From Desulfatiglandales bacterium (lineage in GTDB: Bacteria; Desulfobacterota; DSM-4660; Desulfatiglandales; Desulfatiglandaceae), in assembly GCA_963662465.1 (NCBI GenBank), contig OY759599.1, forward strand, positions 3,616,001 through 3,680,000: a stretch of 64,000 bases of DNA. The letters run 5' to 3'. The position numbers and the translations under genes were made by a program. This document shows, piece after piece, positions 30,337-39,175 of this stretch. Below the pieces are notes generated by a model, which searched no databases, was not told where the DNA came from, and worked only from the letters and a program-made list of their open reading frames with translations. Numbering within the stretch: position 1 is the first letter of the stretch; the number at the start of each line of letters is the position of its first letter.

Positions 30337-31030
30337 CGACATTGATGTCTTTTACGGAGACCTTCAGGTCCTCTGGGATGTGTCTTTTGAGGTGAAAGAA
30401 AAAGAAATCCTCGTGTTGATCGGCGCCAACGGCGCGGGAAAATCGACCACCATCAGAACCATTTCTTCCTTGCTGAGACCCACAAAAGGGAGTATTAAAT
30501 TTAACGGGACCCTCATCAATGGGTCGCCGCCACACAAAATCATCGAACACGGCATTGTTCACGTACCGGAGGGAAGACGCCTGTTTTCCGAAATGAGCGT
30601 GGAGGAAAACCTGATTATGGGCTCCCTGGCAAAGAAGGCCAAACAACACCGCCAGAAAACCATGCAGCATGTATTTGAGCTTTTTCCAAGAATGAAGGAA
30701 AGGCGGAAGCAGTCTGCAGGCACCCTTTCAGGGGGCGAACAGCAGATGCTCGCCATCGGTCGGGGCCTCATGAGTCTGCCCAAGCTGATGATGTTCGATG
30801 AACCCTCCCTGGGTCTAGCGCCCATCCTGGTCCATGATATTTTTGAGATGATCAAGCGGATCAATCGCGAGGAAGGGGTCACCATCCTTCTGGTGGAGCA
30901 GAATGTCAGGCAGACCCTTGCCATGTGCCATCGCGCCTATGCCCTTGAAAACGGTCGGGTCGTGCTGGAAGGCTCGGGGAAAGAACTGTTGGCGAATAAA
31001 CACGTAAAAGAAGCGTATCTGGGAATTTAG
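30323..31030 (+). CDS. livF: Liv-type ABC ATPase
   Basis: GANGAGKST, LSGGEQQM, DEPSLGLAP; ATG 30323 behind GAGG. Confidence 0.9.
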   Translation: MLKVNDIDVFYGDLQVLWDVSFEVKEKEILVLIGANGAGKSTTIRTISSLLRPTKGSIKFNGTLINGSPPHKIIEHGIVHVPEGRRLFSEMSVEENLIMGSLAKKAKQHRQKTMQHVFELFPRMKERRKQSAGTLSGGEQQMLAIGRGLMSLPKLMMFDEPSLGLAPILVHDIFEMIKRINREEGVTILLVEQNVRQTLAMCHRAYALENGRVVLEGSGKELLANKHVKEAYLGI

Positions 31031-31043
31031 GGGAGAATATAAA

Positions 31044-32474
31044 ATGAAAAAAGCGTTTGTTTTGAAAATTTTCCGTCACCATGTCGCTGCCATGCTAACC
31101 CTTTTGTTGATTATTTTGGCAGCCGGTTGCGGCAATGATTCTTCCGAACCCTCTTCAGAGTCGAAGCTGCCATTGGTGATCATTTCTGATGTTCATTTTA
31201 CGCCTTTTTACGATACAACCATTTTTGATGATCTGTTCAATGCACCTGTTGAGGACTGGGTTCATATTTTTGAGAACTCAAGTGTAACCGATCTTTCATC
31301 ATGGGGGCAGGAAACCAATTATCCCCTTTTGAAACAGACTTTGGAGGCCGCGGGCCAAAGTGGGAGGACGGGTCAGGCGGTTATATTTTTAGGTGACATC
31401 CTGGCCCACAAATTTCCTGAAACCTTCTTTCAACTCTATGGCGAAGAAGACCATGAAGCATTGCGTTCTTTCGTCTATAAGAGCGTGGTCTTTTTCGCAG
31501 CCCAGGTACGTGAACGATTGGGCAATGTTCCGGTGATGTTTACCCTGGGCAACAATGATTCCTACGCGGGCGACTACCTGCTGGTTTCCGGCGGGGCATT
31601 TCTGGCCGACACGGCCGAGCCATTTTACAATACATTGCTTCTCGGCCAGGCGGATTGGGAAACTTATTTCAGCACCTATTCCACCGGTGGATATTTTGTC
31701 GCGGAACCTCCCGACGCAAAGGTTCTGTTTGTGTGCTTGAACAGTGTGCTTTTTTCAAACCACAGGAGCGAAGAGTGTACGGATGACGCCGACAATGTCC
31801 CCGGGGCGCAACTTGACTGGCTGGAACAAGTCCTGGAAAAAGCTCGTGAGGACGGAAAGAAAGTCTTTCTGGTCACCCATATTCCCACCGGAATGAGCAT
31901 TTACAGTACGGTTAAAACCTATATGGACGCGAGCGGAAAAATTTCCGATGCCGACGTATTTTGGAAGGAATCCTGTCAAAGTCGATTTCTCGATATATGC
32001 CGGGAATACGCATCCGTGATTGAAGCCATTTTCAATGGTCATACCCATATGGACGAATACAGATTGATACTTGACCGCGACGGTGACGCCTATAAAGCGG
32101 CCATCGTTGCCCCGGCCATAAGTCCTCAGTATGGCAACAATCCGGCCTTCAAAGTCCTTACCCTGCGGGGAGAGGACTGGAAACCACTCGATTACCGCTC
32201 CATCAGCTGTGATCTGAACCTTTCATCGCCGGATTTCAGCACCTATTATGTTTTCAGCGAAGCCTATGCCACAAAAGAACCTCTGGAGGAATCCCTGGTT
32301 GACCTTTTTCCAAAATTGCCAATCAATGAGAGTGACCGGCAATACTATACGCGTTTTTACTACTCCGGACACGATGATGCCAATATCATCGATGATCGAA
32401 CGTGGCCGGCCTATTGGTGTGGTATTGGAAACATGGACAAGGCAACCTATATGGAATGTGTTAACAGCTATTGA
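31044..32474 (+). CDS. Calcineurin-like metallophosphoesterase lipoprotein, acid sphingomyelinase-like
   Basis: Lipobox LAAGC; SDVH, LGD, GNND, THIP, GHTHMDE, SPQYGNNP. Confidence 0.8.
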   Translation: MKKAFVLKIFRHHVAAMLTLLLIILAAGCGNDSSEPSSESKLPLVIISDVHFTPFYDTTIFDDLFNAPVEDWVHIFENSSVTDLSSWGQETNYPLLKQTLEAAGQSGRTGQAVIFLGDILAHKFPETFFQLYGEEDHEALRSFVYKSVVFFAAQVRERLGNVPVMFTLGNNDSYAGDYLLVSGGAFLADTAEPFYNTLLLGQADWETYFSTYSTGGYFVAEPPDAKVLFVCLNSVLFSNHRSEECTDDADNVPGAQLDWLEQVLEKAREDGKKVFLVTHIPTGMSIYSTVKTYMDASGKISDADVFWKESCQSRFLDICREYASVIEAIFNGHTHMDEYRLILDRDGDAYKAAIVAPAISPQYGNNPAFKVLTLRGEDWKPLDYRSISCDLNLSSPDFSTYYVFSEAYATKEPLEESLVDLFPKLPINESDRQYYTRFYYSGHDDANIIDDRTWPAYWCGIGNMDKATYMECVNSY

Positions 32475-32860
32475 TGTACGATGCAGCCGCTATCGCCTCT
32501 TTTACAGCCCCTTCAATATCGGGCTTGCCGGTAACAACAACTTCGTCAGGCAGATGCTTGTGATGGGGATAACTCGACAAACCGGGAAAGTGAGGCGTAT
32601 TTGTCATAGCGAAAAATCAATTGATTCTGCTTATCCTGGCAGTGATAACGGTAATCAAGGGAAGCAATCACGCCGTTTTGCACCACCACTGCTTCATTGA
32701 TTTCCAGCAAGTGCCCTTTTTCAAACCGTATCCGAATCCGCAAATTGGCCCTCTCAGACGTTATGATTTCTTCAGTGTACCGTTCAACATAGGCATGGCC
32801 GCATTTGAGAATCGCCTGTTCCACCCGTTCGAGATAATCCGCCAGAACTTTATGCGGCAT
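32461..32860 (-). pseudogene. DUF6516/TumE-like toxin with a +1 frameshift
   Basis: YRYH....LIFRYD; removing one A at 32600-32602 restores NTPHFPGLSSYPHHKH. Confidence 0.75.
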
Positions 32861-33080
32861 TTTCGAGTTTTCTCTCTAATTCATAACGAAGTTCCAGGTA
32901 ATGGCGATAATCGTTAGCCCACTCCACAAACACTACTTCATCGGACAGTTGCCCTCGACAATACCGGTCAAAGAACTGCTCCGAGTCCATTTTCTCCCTA
33001 CTCTCGTATTCATTGAGTCGCTTGGTCACGGCAATCAGGGCATCCAGTGGTGATGAATACATTACAGTTTCTTTTCGCAT
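32850..33080 (-). CDS. Putative antitoxin (TumA-like)
   Basis: 76 aa, YE....MDSEQFF..Y..G.LSD...FVEWA; AAAGGAG RBS; overlaps the toxin start. Confidence 0.7.
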   Translation of the reverse strand: MRKETVMYSSPLDALIAVTKRLNEYESREKMDSEQFFDRYCRGQLSDEVVFVEWANDYRHYLELRYELERKLENAA

Positions 33081-33171
33081 TCATGTCTCCTTTGTGTCTA
33101 CCCAGAACCCATCATAGGTTGGGATGATAGGTGGAAAGAAAACTCTGGAAGAAGCAACCATGTTAATGACC

Positions 33172-34518
33172 TTAAACCCGCTTTTTGAGATAAAACAACT
33201 GAGCAATAATAGCAAAAATGCCGCCAGTGGCAATGCCTGACTTGAATACCGACTGAAGGGCGTGGGGCACATGATTGAGAATTTCCGGATTAAATTCCAC
33301 TCCCAGTCCCGTTGACAGTGAAACCGCAACAATCAGAACATCACAACGGTTTATTGGAGATTGCTGAATGATCTTGATCCCCGCCACGGCAACAGCACCA
33401 AACATCAACAGAGTGGCACCCCCCAGAACGGAGGGGGGAACCAGAGAAAAGAAATTGCCCACCATGGGGAAAAGCCCCAGAATGCTGAGAAATGCCGCAA
33501 TGAAATATCCTACATGCCGGCTGGCAACCCCTGTCAGTTGAATGATCCCGTTGTTCTGACCAAAGGTGGTGTTTGGAAAAGAATTGAAGAGGGTAGCCAG
33601 CATACAGTTGACCCCATCCCCCAGCACGCCTCCCGAGATGCGCTTCATGTAGATATCCCCCTCCACCGACTCCCCCGAAACGATGGCGGTTGCCGTTATA
33701 TCACCTACCGATTCAATGGTGGCAATCAGGTAAATCAGTGCAATGGGAATGAATGCGGACAGGCTGAAATCAAGTCCGTACTTGAGCGGCACGGGAAGAA
33801 TGATAAAATTTGGGGTCAGGAAACCTGAAAATTCAAAATCTCCCGTCATAAACGAAACGACGATGCCCACCACCAGGCCGATCAGGATGGAACTCATTCG
33901 CAGATACCGGTTCTCCATTCGGTTGAGGCCCACAATGGTCAAAAGCACCAGAAGCCCCGGCAAAAGATGGTTCAAAGCCCCGAAGCTCCCGTCCTTCAGC
34001 GCCTGTTGACCGCCCCCCAGTTCAACCATTCCGGCCTTTACGAGGGACAGTCCGATCAGCATCACCACCGAACCACTGACCACAGGGGTGATGATCCTCT
34101 TTAAGCGGTGCAAAAAGCGGCTCAAAACCATTTCAATGGGGGAACCGGCGAGACAGATGCCGAACATCAGGGGAAGGCCACCTAAATGCCCCGCGGCAAT
34201 CAGCGGTTCAATAAATGAAAAACTAGTCCCTTGAACACTCAGCAATCCTGATCCCACCGGACCCAAGCGCCGCACCTGGATGAAGGTTGAAACACCGGAA
34301 ATGAAGAGGGAGAGGCTAATCAAGTGGGAAGCCGTTTCACGGTCAAAATTCAGGGCACTGCTGATGATCAATGCGGGGGTCATGATAGGCACAAAAACGG
34401 CCATCAGGTGTTGAAGCGCGGCAAAAACAGTTTCCGGCAGCGGAGGCTTGTCATTCAGGCCATAGAGAATCTCCGGCCGATCGTCTTTGGCTTCCCGCAT
34501 CTTTATGCCACAGTCCAT
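33172..34518 (-). CDS. NCS2/NAT nucleobase permease, xanthine-type
   Basis: ALQHL, QGTSFSF, NAT signature FGQNNGIIQLTG. Confidence 0.92.
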   Translation of the reverse strand: MDCGIKMREAKDDRPEILYGLNDKPPLPETVFAALQHLMAVFVPIMTPALIISSALNFDRETASHLISLSLFISGVSTFIQVRRLGPVGSGLLSVQGTSFSFIEPLIAAGHLGGLPLMFGICLAGSPIEMVLSRFLHRLKRIITPVVSGSVVMLIGLSLVKAGMVELGGGQQALKDGSFGALNHLLPGLLVLLTIVGLNRMENRYLRMSSILIGLVVGIVVSFMTGDFEFSGFLTPNFIILPVPLKYGLDFSLSAFIPIALIYLIATIESVGDITATAIVSGESVEGDIYMKRISGGVLGDGVNCMLATLFNSFPNTTFGQNNGIIQLTGVASRHVGYFIAAFLSILGLFPMVGNFFSLVPPSVLGGATLLMFGAVAVAGIKIIQQSPINRCDVLIVAVSLSTGLGVEFNPEILNHVPHALQSVFKSGIATGGIFAIIAQLFYLKKRV

Positions 34519-34523
34519 GCCAT

Positions 34524-34742
34524 TCAGGCGTAAATATCTATCATCGAACCGGTTTCCATGGAACTGACGACATCTTTCCCATCGGATCCATAAAAAAGCG
34601 CCGGCTTACCATGAGTAGAAGCGCCGGAGTATCCCTGTCTCTCACCAATATAATCACTGCCCTGGTAGGGATGCTCTCGGAAACCGCCAACACTGGAGGC
34701 ACTAAAAACCTGAGATGGCACTAAGGAAAGCGCAATATCCAT
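34524..34742 (-). CDS. Small hypothetical protein
   Basis: 72 aa ending GSMIDIYA, 5 nt upstream of the permease ORF. Confidence 0.45.
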   Translation of the reverse strand: MDIALSLVPSQVFSASSVGGFREHPYQGSDYIGERQGYSGASTHGKPALFYGSDGKDVVSSMETGSMIDIYA

Positions 34743-34891
34743 GGTCAGAGGGCGACTCTTTTTCAGGGTTTCAAAATTTTAACAAATCAGATAGTCGGTT
34801 GCGTATTATCTGAATAAAGTATGACGCGGTTATTCGGTTTGTCAAGGTCAAAGGTGAATCTTCAGTAGTTCTTGTATGTTATAAAAAATCA

Positions 34892-34919
34892 TTGACAAAC
34901 ATAACACTAATCTTATAGA
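34892..34919 (+). promoter_or_regulatory. Putative sigma70 promoter of the attenuated operon
   Basis: TTGACA-16 nt-TATAGA. Confidence 0.55.
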
Positions 34920-34957
34920 AGCAGGGGGTATGAATCGACAATGAAGGAGTATGAACA

Positions 34958-35023
34958 ATGTATTGTAAACTCACGGGCTTTTTTTATTTTAGGTTTATGG
35001 GAACACCTCCGCCCGTGGATTGA
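34958..35023 (+). CDS. Attenuator leader peptide MYCKLTGFFYFRFMGTPPPVD (Phe/Tyr-rich)
   Basis: AAGGAG RBS 8 nt upstream; control codons TTT TTT TAT TTT AGG TTT; followed by an intrinsic terminator. Confidence 0.8.
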   Translation: MYCKLTGFFYFRFMGTPPPVD

Positions 35024-35043
35024 TGTTGATGTTGACAATTTTC

Positions 35044-35079
35044 AAGCCGTGGGCATTAAAAAGCCCACGGCTTTTTTTT
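35044..35079 (+). terminator. Attenuator terminator (segments 3:4)
   Basis: AAGCCGTGGGC-ATTAAAAA-GCCCACGGCTT then a T run, 66 nt upstream of the next start codon. Confidence 0.9.
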
Positions 35080-35145
35080 GCTTCTTTTTCAGAAACGGGA
35101 AGTCTGAAACAAGCGTTTAAACCATTATGATAATAAGGTGAAAAA

Positions 35146-37710
35146 ATGAAACAGAAAATCCCTGAACCCCTTGCCGTAACACCGAATTTCTATCGACTGG
35201 GGACCCCCGCCTTTCCCGCTTTTCTATCCCTGGGAAAGGTCGGTATGATCATTGAGGGCGGTACGGGACCCACCACTGAAATGATCATCCGGCAGATCAA
35301 AAGCCTGGGTGTTGATATGGAAAAAATCGAATACATCCTGCTCACCCATACCCATGCGGATCACATCGGCGCATTGCCGCACCTGAAGCGCAGGTGGCCC
35401 CATCTCAAACTGGTCGCCAGCGGACCTGGGGCAAAGATATTGAATACCCGGGAGTTGTATAACGAATTCCTTCTGGTGGACCTGGGCATTGCACAGCTCA
35501 TGAGAGCCAAATCCGAAATTGATGACATCCTTCCCACCCCTGAAGATTACCGCTTTGAAGTGGATCTGGTGGTCAAGGGAGGGGACACCCTGGATTTGGG
35601 GAATAATGTGGTTTGGGAAATTATTGATACCCCAGGCCATTCGCCGTGCCATATCTCGGCTTATGAAAAGACCGAAGGCACATTGGTGGTTGGTGATGCC
35701 ACGGGGTTCTATGTTCCGGAAAAAGACGTTTTCTGGCCCAATTATTTTGTTTCCCTGGAAACCTACATTGACAGCATTAAAAAACTCGCCGCATTTCCAG
35801 CCAAACGCGCCGTACTCTGTCACAATGCCGTCATAGAAGGCAATGTTCACGGGTATTTTGAAAAGGCCATGCAGGCAACCCGGAGGTATCATGAAAATCT
35901 TTTAAACCAGCTCAATCGCGGAAATTCCGCCGAAAGCATCGCCCTGGAAGGGGCTCAGTTCGTCAGCACCCTTACGGACATCCAGCCCTTTAAAGTCATG
36001 TACGATCTCTGCAAGCTCATGATCGACCGATCCCGGAAAAATGCCGTTCCATTATCGTTCAGCCTTTCCAGGGAGGAAACATCCCCCTCCCACGAAAAAC
36101 CCGTTCCAAAGCCGGAAAGCGCGAAGCAAATGATTTCGGAACCGAATGCCGTCACGCTGCCTGAAACGAAAAAAAAGCTCAACCTGAACGAACGGCTGAG
36201 CCTGGTGGCGCTGATCGATGAGGGTATGCGCCGGGGATTGGCGGAGGCCCCGGTTTCAGCGGACCTTTTTAACAATCTATGGGAGTTGGTGGGCGCCACC
36301 GCAAAGGGAGGAAGGATCAACAGACTGAAATTCCAGGATTCACAAAATGGGTTTCAGATGTTCGAAATCAAGGCGGAAAGCGGAGAAAACCTGGCTCGCC
36401 TCAACATGATCTACCTGAAAAAGCCGATTCCCTGTTACTACCTGGTGTACGTGGAAGTAGCGGCCCCTTTCAGGCGAAAAGGCCTGGGACATCACATTTT
36501 GAAATCCTTTGCCGATTTTCTCACCGAGAAATCGGCGGTGGGCATTCTCGATAACATCATCCCCCGGGAGGATCCCACCAATGACATCTATTTAAAACAG
36601 TCCTGGATTCCCGTGGAAGACATCATCGGAAACCTGATGTTTTATAAAGACCACAACTACATGATTTTTATTCCGCCCTACTTGAAAACCAGGGATCTGA
36701 AACAACCGATCCTCAAGGTCATGTATCACCTGAAACGGAAACGGGCGGTAATTGATATTCGAGAAAACGAAACCATGGTCAGAAAGACCCTCAATGAATT
36801 CAAGGAACTCTACGAAGCCCTGATGACTTATTTTCATTCAGAACTTGAAGCCCCTCAATCTTCCGTATTCATGCGGTTTCTTTTCACCCGCTTTGTAACC
36901 AAATTCATCGCTTTCAGACGGCGGATCGGTGATCTGGTGGGATATACGGGAGGAGAGTCCACCGAACAGGTGGTGCTGAACGCAAGCATCCATAAATTAC
37001 AGGTAAAATCCTATGCTCCGAAAGAATTCGTGAAAGAAGGCGCTATCGGCATGGGAGACCTGGGATTGTTGTCAAAACTTCCAGAAGCATTGACACAGGA
37101 ACCGGCCCAGATCATTGAGTCATTGCCCAATTATCGGAGACCCAATTTTCTGTTGTGGCTTAAAGAGAACCAAAAAACCTATGAAGACACCCTGACCCTG
37201 GGAGATCTCATGGATCTGGGATTTGACCCCACCCGGCTGAAAGAAATTGAAATCGACAGCCAGACCTTCATCTTTGAGCGTGTTCAGGCAAGACAGATCG
37301 ATGTCCTTCAAAAAAGAGGGGAATTAGTGGCCCGAATTACGGCTGAAATGCCCAACACCAAAATCAAAAGCGCACACTTGAAAACAAATCCTATTCTGCT
37401 GATCATCGGCGACAGGGGAAACGGATATGTTCTGCGCCGAAAAATAGACGCCATTCACTGGGAAGAAGCCATCGAGCAACTTCAAAGCAACGATAGCTTA
37501 AAATCGGTTAATGAGGCGATAAAACTGGATAGAATTATTCTTGAAACCGTCAAAGCCACGGCTACCACCGTGAGCCGGCAGCTGGGAGTGGAAAGGGAGA
37601 TGGTTGTTGAACAGTTAACCCCCTTTGTTTCCTGGGATTTAGAAAATAATCGGCCAAAAATGGTCATTGACTTTTCGTTCTCTTACGTGGAATCCATCTG
37701 GATAGCGTAA
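35146..37710 (+). CDS. MBL-fold metallo-hydrolase fused to a GNAT-like domain and an uncharacterised C-terminal region
   Basis: THTHADH, TPGHS, VGD, LCH in residues 1-300; low-complexity linker; YVEV...FRRKGLG acyl-CoA-binding motif. Confidence 0.85.
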   Translation: MKQKIPEPLAVTPNFYRLGTPAFPAFLSLGKVGMIIEGGTGPTTEMIIRQIKSLGVDMEKIEYILLTHTHADHIGALPHLKRRWPHLKLVASGPGAKILNTRELYNEFLLVDLGIAQLMRAKSEIDDILPTPEDYRFEVDLVVKGGDTLDLGNNVVWEIIDTPGHSPCHISAYEKTEGTLVVGDATGFYVPEKDVFWPNYFVSLETYIDSIKKLAAFPAKRAVLCHNAVIEGNVHGYFEKAMQATRRYHENLLNQLNRGNSAESIALEGAQFVSTLTDIQPFKVMYDLCKLMIDRSRKNAVPLSFSLSREETSPSHEKPVPKPESAKQMISEPNAVTLPETKKKLNLNERLSLVALIDEGMRRGLAEAPVSADLFNNLWELVGATAKGGRINRLKFQDSQNGFQMFEIKAESGENLARLNMIYLKKPIPCYYLVYVEVAAPFRRKGLGHHILKSFADFLTEKSAVGILDNIIPREDPTNDIYLKQSWIPVEDIIGNLMFYKDHNYMIFIPPYLKTRDLKQPILKVMYHLKRKRAVIDIRENETMVRKTLNEFKELYEALMTYFHSELEAPQSSVFMRFLFTRFVTKFIAFRRRIGDLVGYTGGESTEQVVLNASIHKLQVKSYAPKEFVKEGAIGMGDLGLLSKLPEALTQEPAQIIESLPNYRRPNFLLWLKENQKTYEDTLTLGDLMDLGFDPTRLKEIEIDSQTFIFERVQARQIDVLQKRGELVARITAEMPNTKIKSAHLKTNPILLIIGDRGNGYVLRRKIDAIHWEEAIEQLQSNDSLKSVNEAIKLDRIILETVKATATTVSRQLGVEREMVVEQLTPFVSWDLENNRPKMVIDFSFSYVESIWIA

Positions 37711-37733
37711 GGCGCGGGCCTCGGGAGCCGTAC

Positions 37734-37913
37734 ATGCCGGATTTAATCTGCATCTTCTGTGGTGGACAGGCTGAGCTGCATGGCCGGTGAGCAAATGCAA
37801 AAGTCACCTGCCGGTCATGCGGGATGGAAACCAGTCCAAGTGAATATCGCGATCAAATTGAAAAATGGATGGATACGGTTTGTGAAGAAGTTGAAACGAT
37901 ACCGCCTCAGTAA
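37734..37913 (+). CDS. Candidate small selenoprotein with two CxxC motifs (in-frame UGA at 37788-37790)
   Basis: GGGAG RBS; MPDLICIFCGGQAELHGR-U-ANAKVTCRSCGMETSPSEYRDQIEKWMDTVCEEVETIPPQ*; fills the intergenic gap almost exactly. Confidence 0.65.
37804..37827 (+). promoter_or_regulatory. SECIS-like hairpin
   Basis: UCA-CCUGC-(CGGUCAU)-GCGGG-A-UGG starting 14 nt after the UGA, with GGUC in the apical loop. Confidence 0.5.
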
Positions 37914-39151
37914 ATCATTCCAACAAGGGCGCCGGTCATACAGGTGGCAATGGTTCCCGATACGATGGATTTGAGACCCAGCCCCACAATTTCATCCCGC
38001 CTTTCCGGCGCCATGGCGCCCAGGCCCCCGATCATAATGCCCAGGGAACCGAAATTGGCAAACCCGCACATGGCATAAATCATGATCAGCCGACTCCTTT
38101 CACACAATGCTCCCTGGGGCAGTGCCGCCAGATTGATATAGGCCAACAGTTCGTTCAATACGGTTTTAACCCCCATCAACCCCCCCGCGGTCACTATCTC
38201 CGGTGCGGGGACACCCATGAGCCAGGCGATGGGGGCCATAACAAACCCCACAAGCCGCTCGAAGGTCACCGGTTTCCCTGAGAACTCGGGCAAAAAAGCC
38301 AGAAAAAGGTTGACCAGGTGAACCAGGGCCACGAAAACAATCAGCATGGCGATGATATTGATCAACAACTGGATACCCCCCAGGATACCATTGGTAATGG
38401 CATCCATGGCGCTCCGTGCCCCCCTTGGCGCTGAAAGGGCTTCTTCGGACAATCGGGATGACTCAGGCACCATGAGTTTACTGATGGTAATGGCCGCGGG
38501 AGCGCTGACAATGGATGCCACCAGCAAATGCCCCATGATGCCGGGGACCACATGTTGAAGAATCGATGCGTACAATACCATGACCGTGCCCGCGACCGTG
38601 GCCATGCCGCACACCATGATGGTAAAGAGTTCGCTCCTGGAAATCTTGGAAAGATAGGGTCGGACAAAGAGGGGCGCCTCCACCATGCCGATAAAAACAT
38701 TGGCCGCGGCGCCGAGGCCTTCCACGCCTCCGATTCCCATCACCCGCTTCAAAATCCACGCAAAACTATTCACCACCAGAGGGATGATGCGCCAGTAAAA
38801 GAAGAGGGATGTCAAGGCACTGATCACCAGCACCAGGGGCAGCCCCCGAAAGGCCAGCACATAGCTAAAAGCGGGATTTTTTTCATCAAAGGGAAGATGG
38901 CCACCCCCCAGATAGCCGAATACGAAGCCGGTCCCCGCCCGGGTGGAGGCTTCCAATGCCCGCACTCCCTTGTTCAACCAGAAAAAAGCATCCTGACTTC
39001 CCGGAAATTTCAGGAGCAACAGGGCAAGGCAGATTTGCAGCAACAACCCGGAAATCAGGGTTCTGAAATTAATATTCTTTCGACTTTCCGAAAAAAGCCA
39101 GGCCAGGAAAGGGAGTGTTAGAAAACCCAGGAAACTTTGAAAATGAATCAA
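37907..39151 (-). CDS. nupC: Concentrative nucleoside transporter (CNT/NupC family)
   Basis: FVFGYL, ANVFIGMVEAPL, KTVLNELLAY, CGFANFGS. Confidence 0.92.
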   Translation of the reverse strand: MIHFQSFLGFLTLPFLAWLFSESRKNINFRTLISGLLLQICLALLLLKFPGSQDAFFWLNKGVRALEASTRAGTGFVFGYLGGGHLPFDEKNPAFSYVLAFRGLPLVLVISALTSLFFYWRIIPLVVNSFAWILKRVMGIGGVEGLGAAANVFIGMVEAPLFVRPYLSKISRSELFTIMVCGMATVAGTVMVLYASILQHVVPGIMGHLLVASIVSAPAAITISKLMVPESSRLSEEALSAPRGARSAMDAITNGILGGIQLLINIIAMLIVFVALVHLVNLFLAFLPEFSGKPVTFERLVGFVMAPIAWLMGVPAPEIVTAGGLMGVKTVLNELLAYINLAALPQGALCERSRLIMIYAMCGFANFGSLGIMIGGLGAMAPERRDEIVGLGLKSIVSGTIATCMTGALVGMIY

Positions 39152-39175
39152 TTTTTTTCTCTCAGCTGAAATATC

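Noticed and set aside
34520..34890. Purine riboswitch upstream of the xanthine permease
   Set aside because: Conserved aptamer motifs not found by eye
37759..37974. 71-aa ORF from the track
   Set aside because: No RBS and a 68-nt overlap with nupC; the 37734-37913 frame explains the region better
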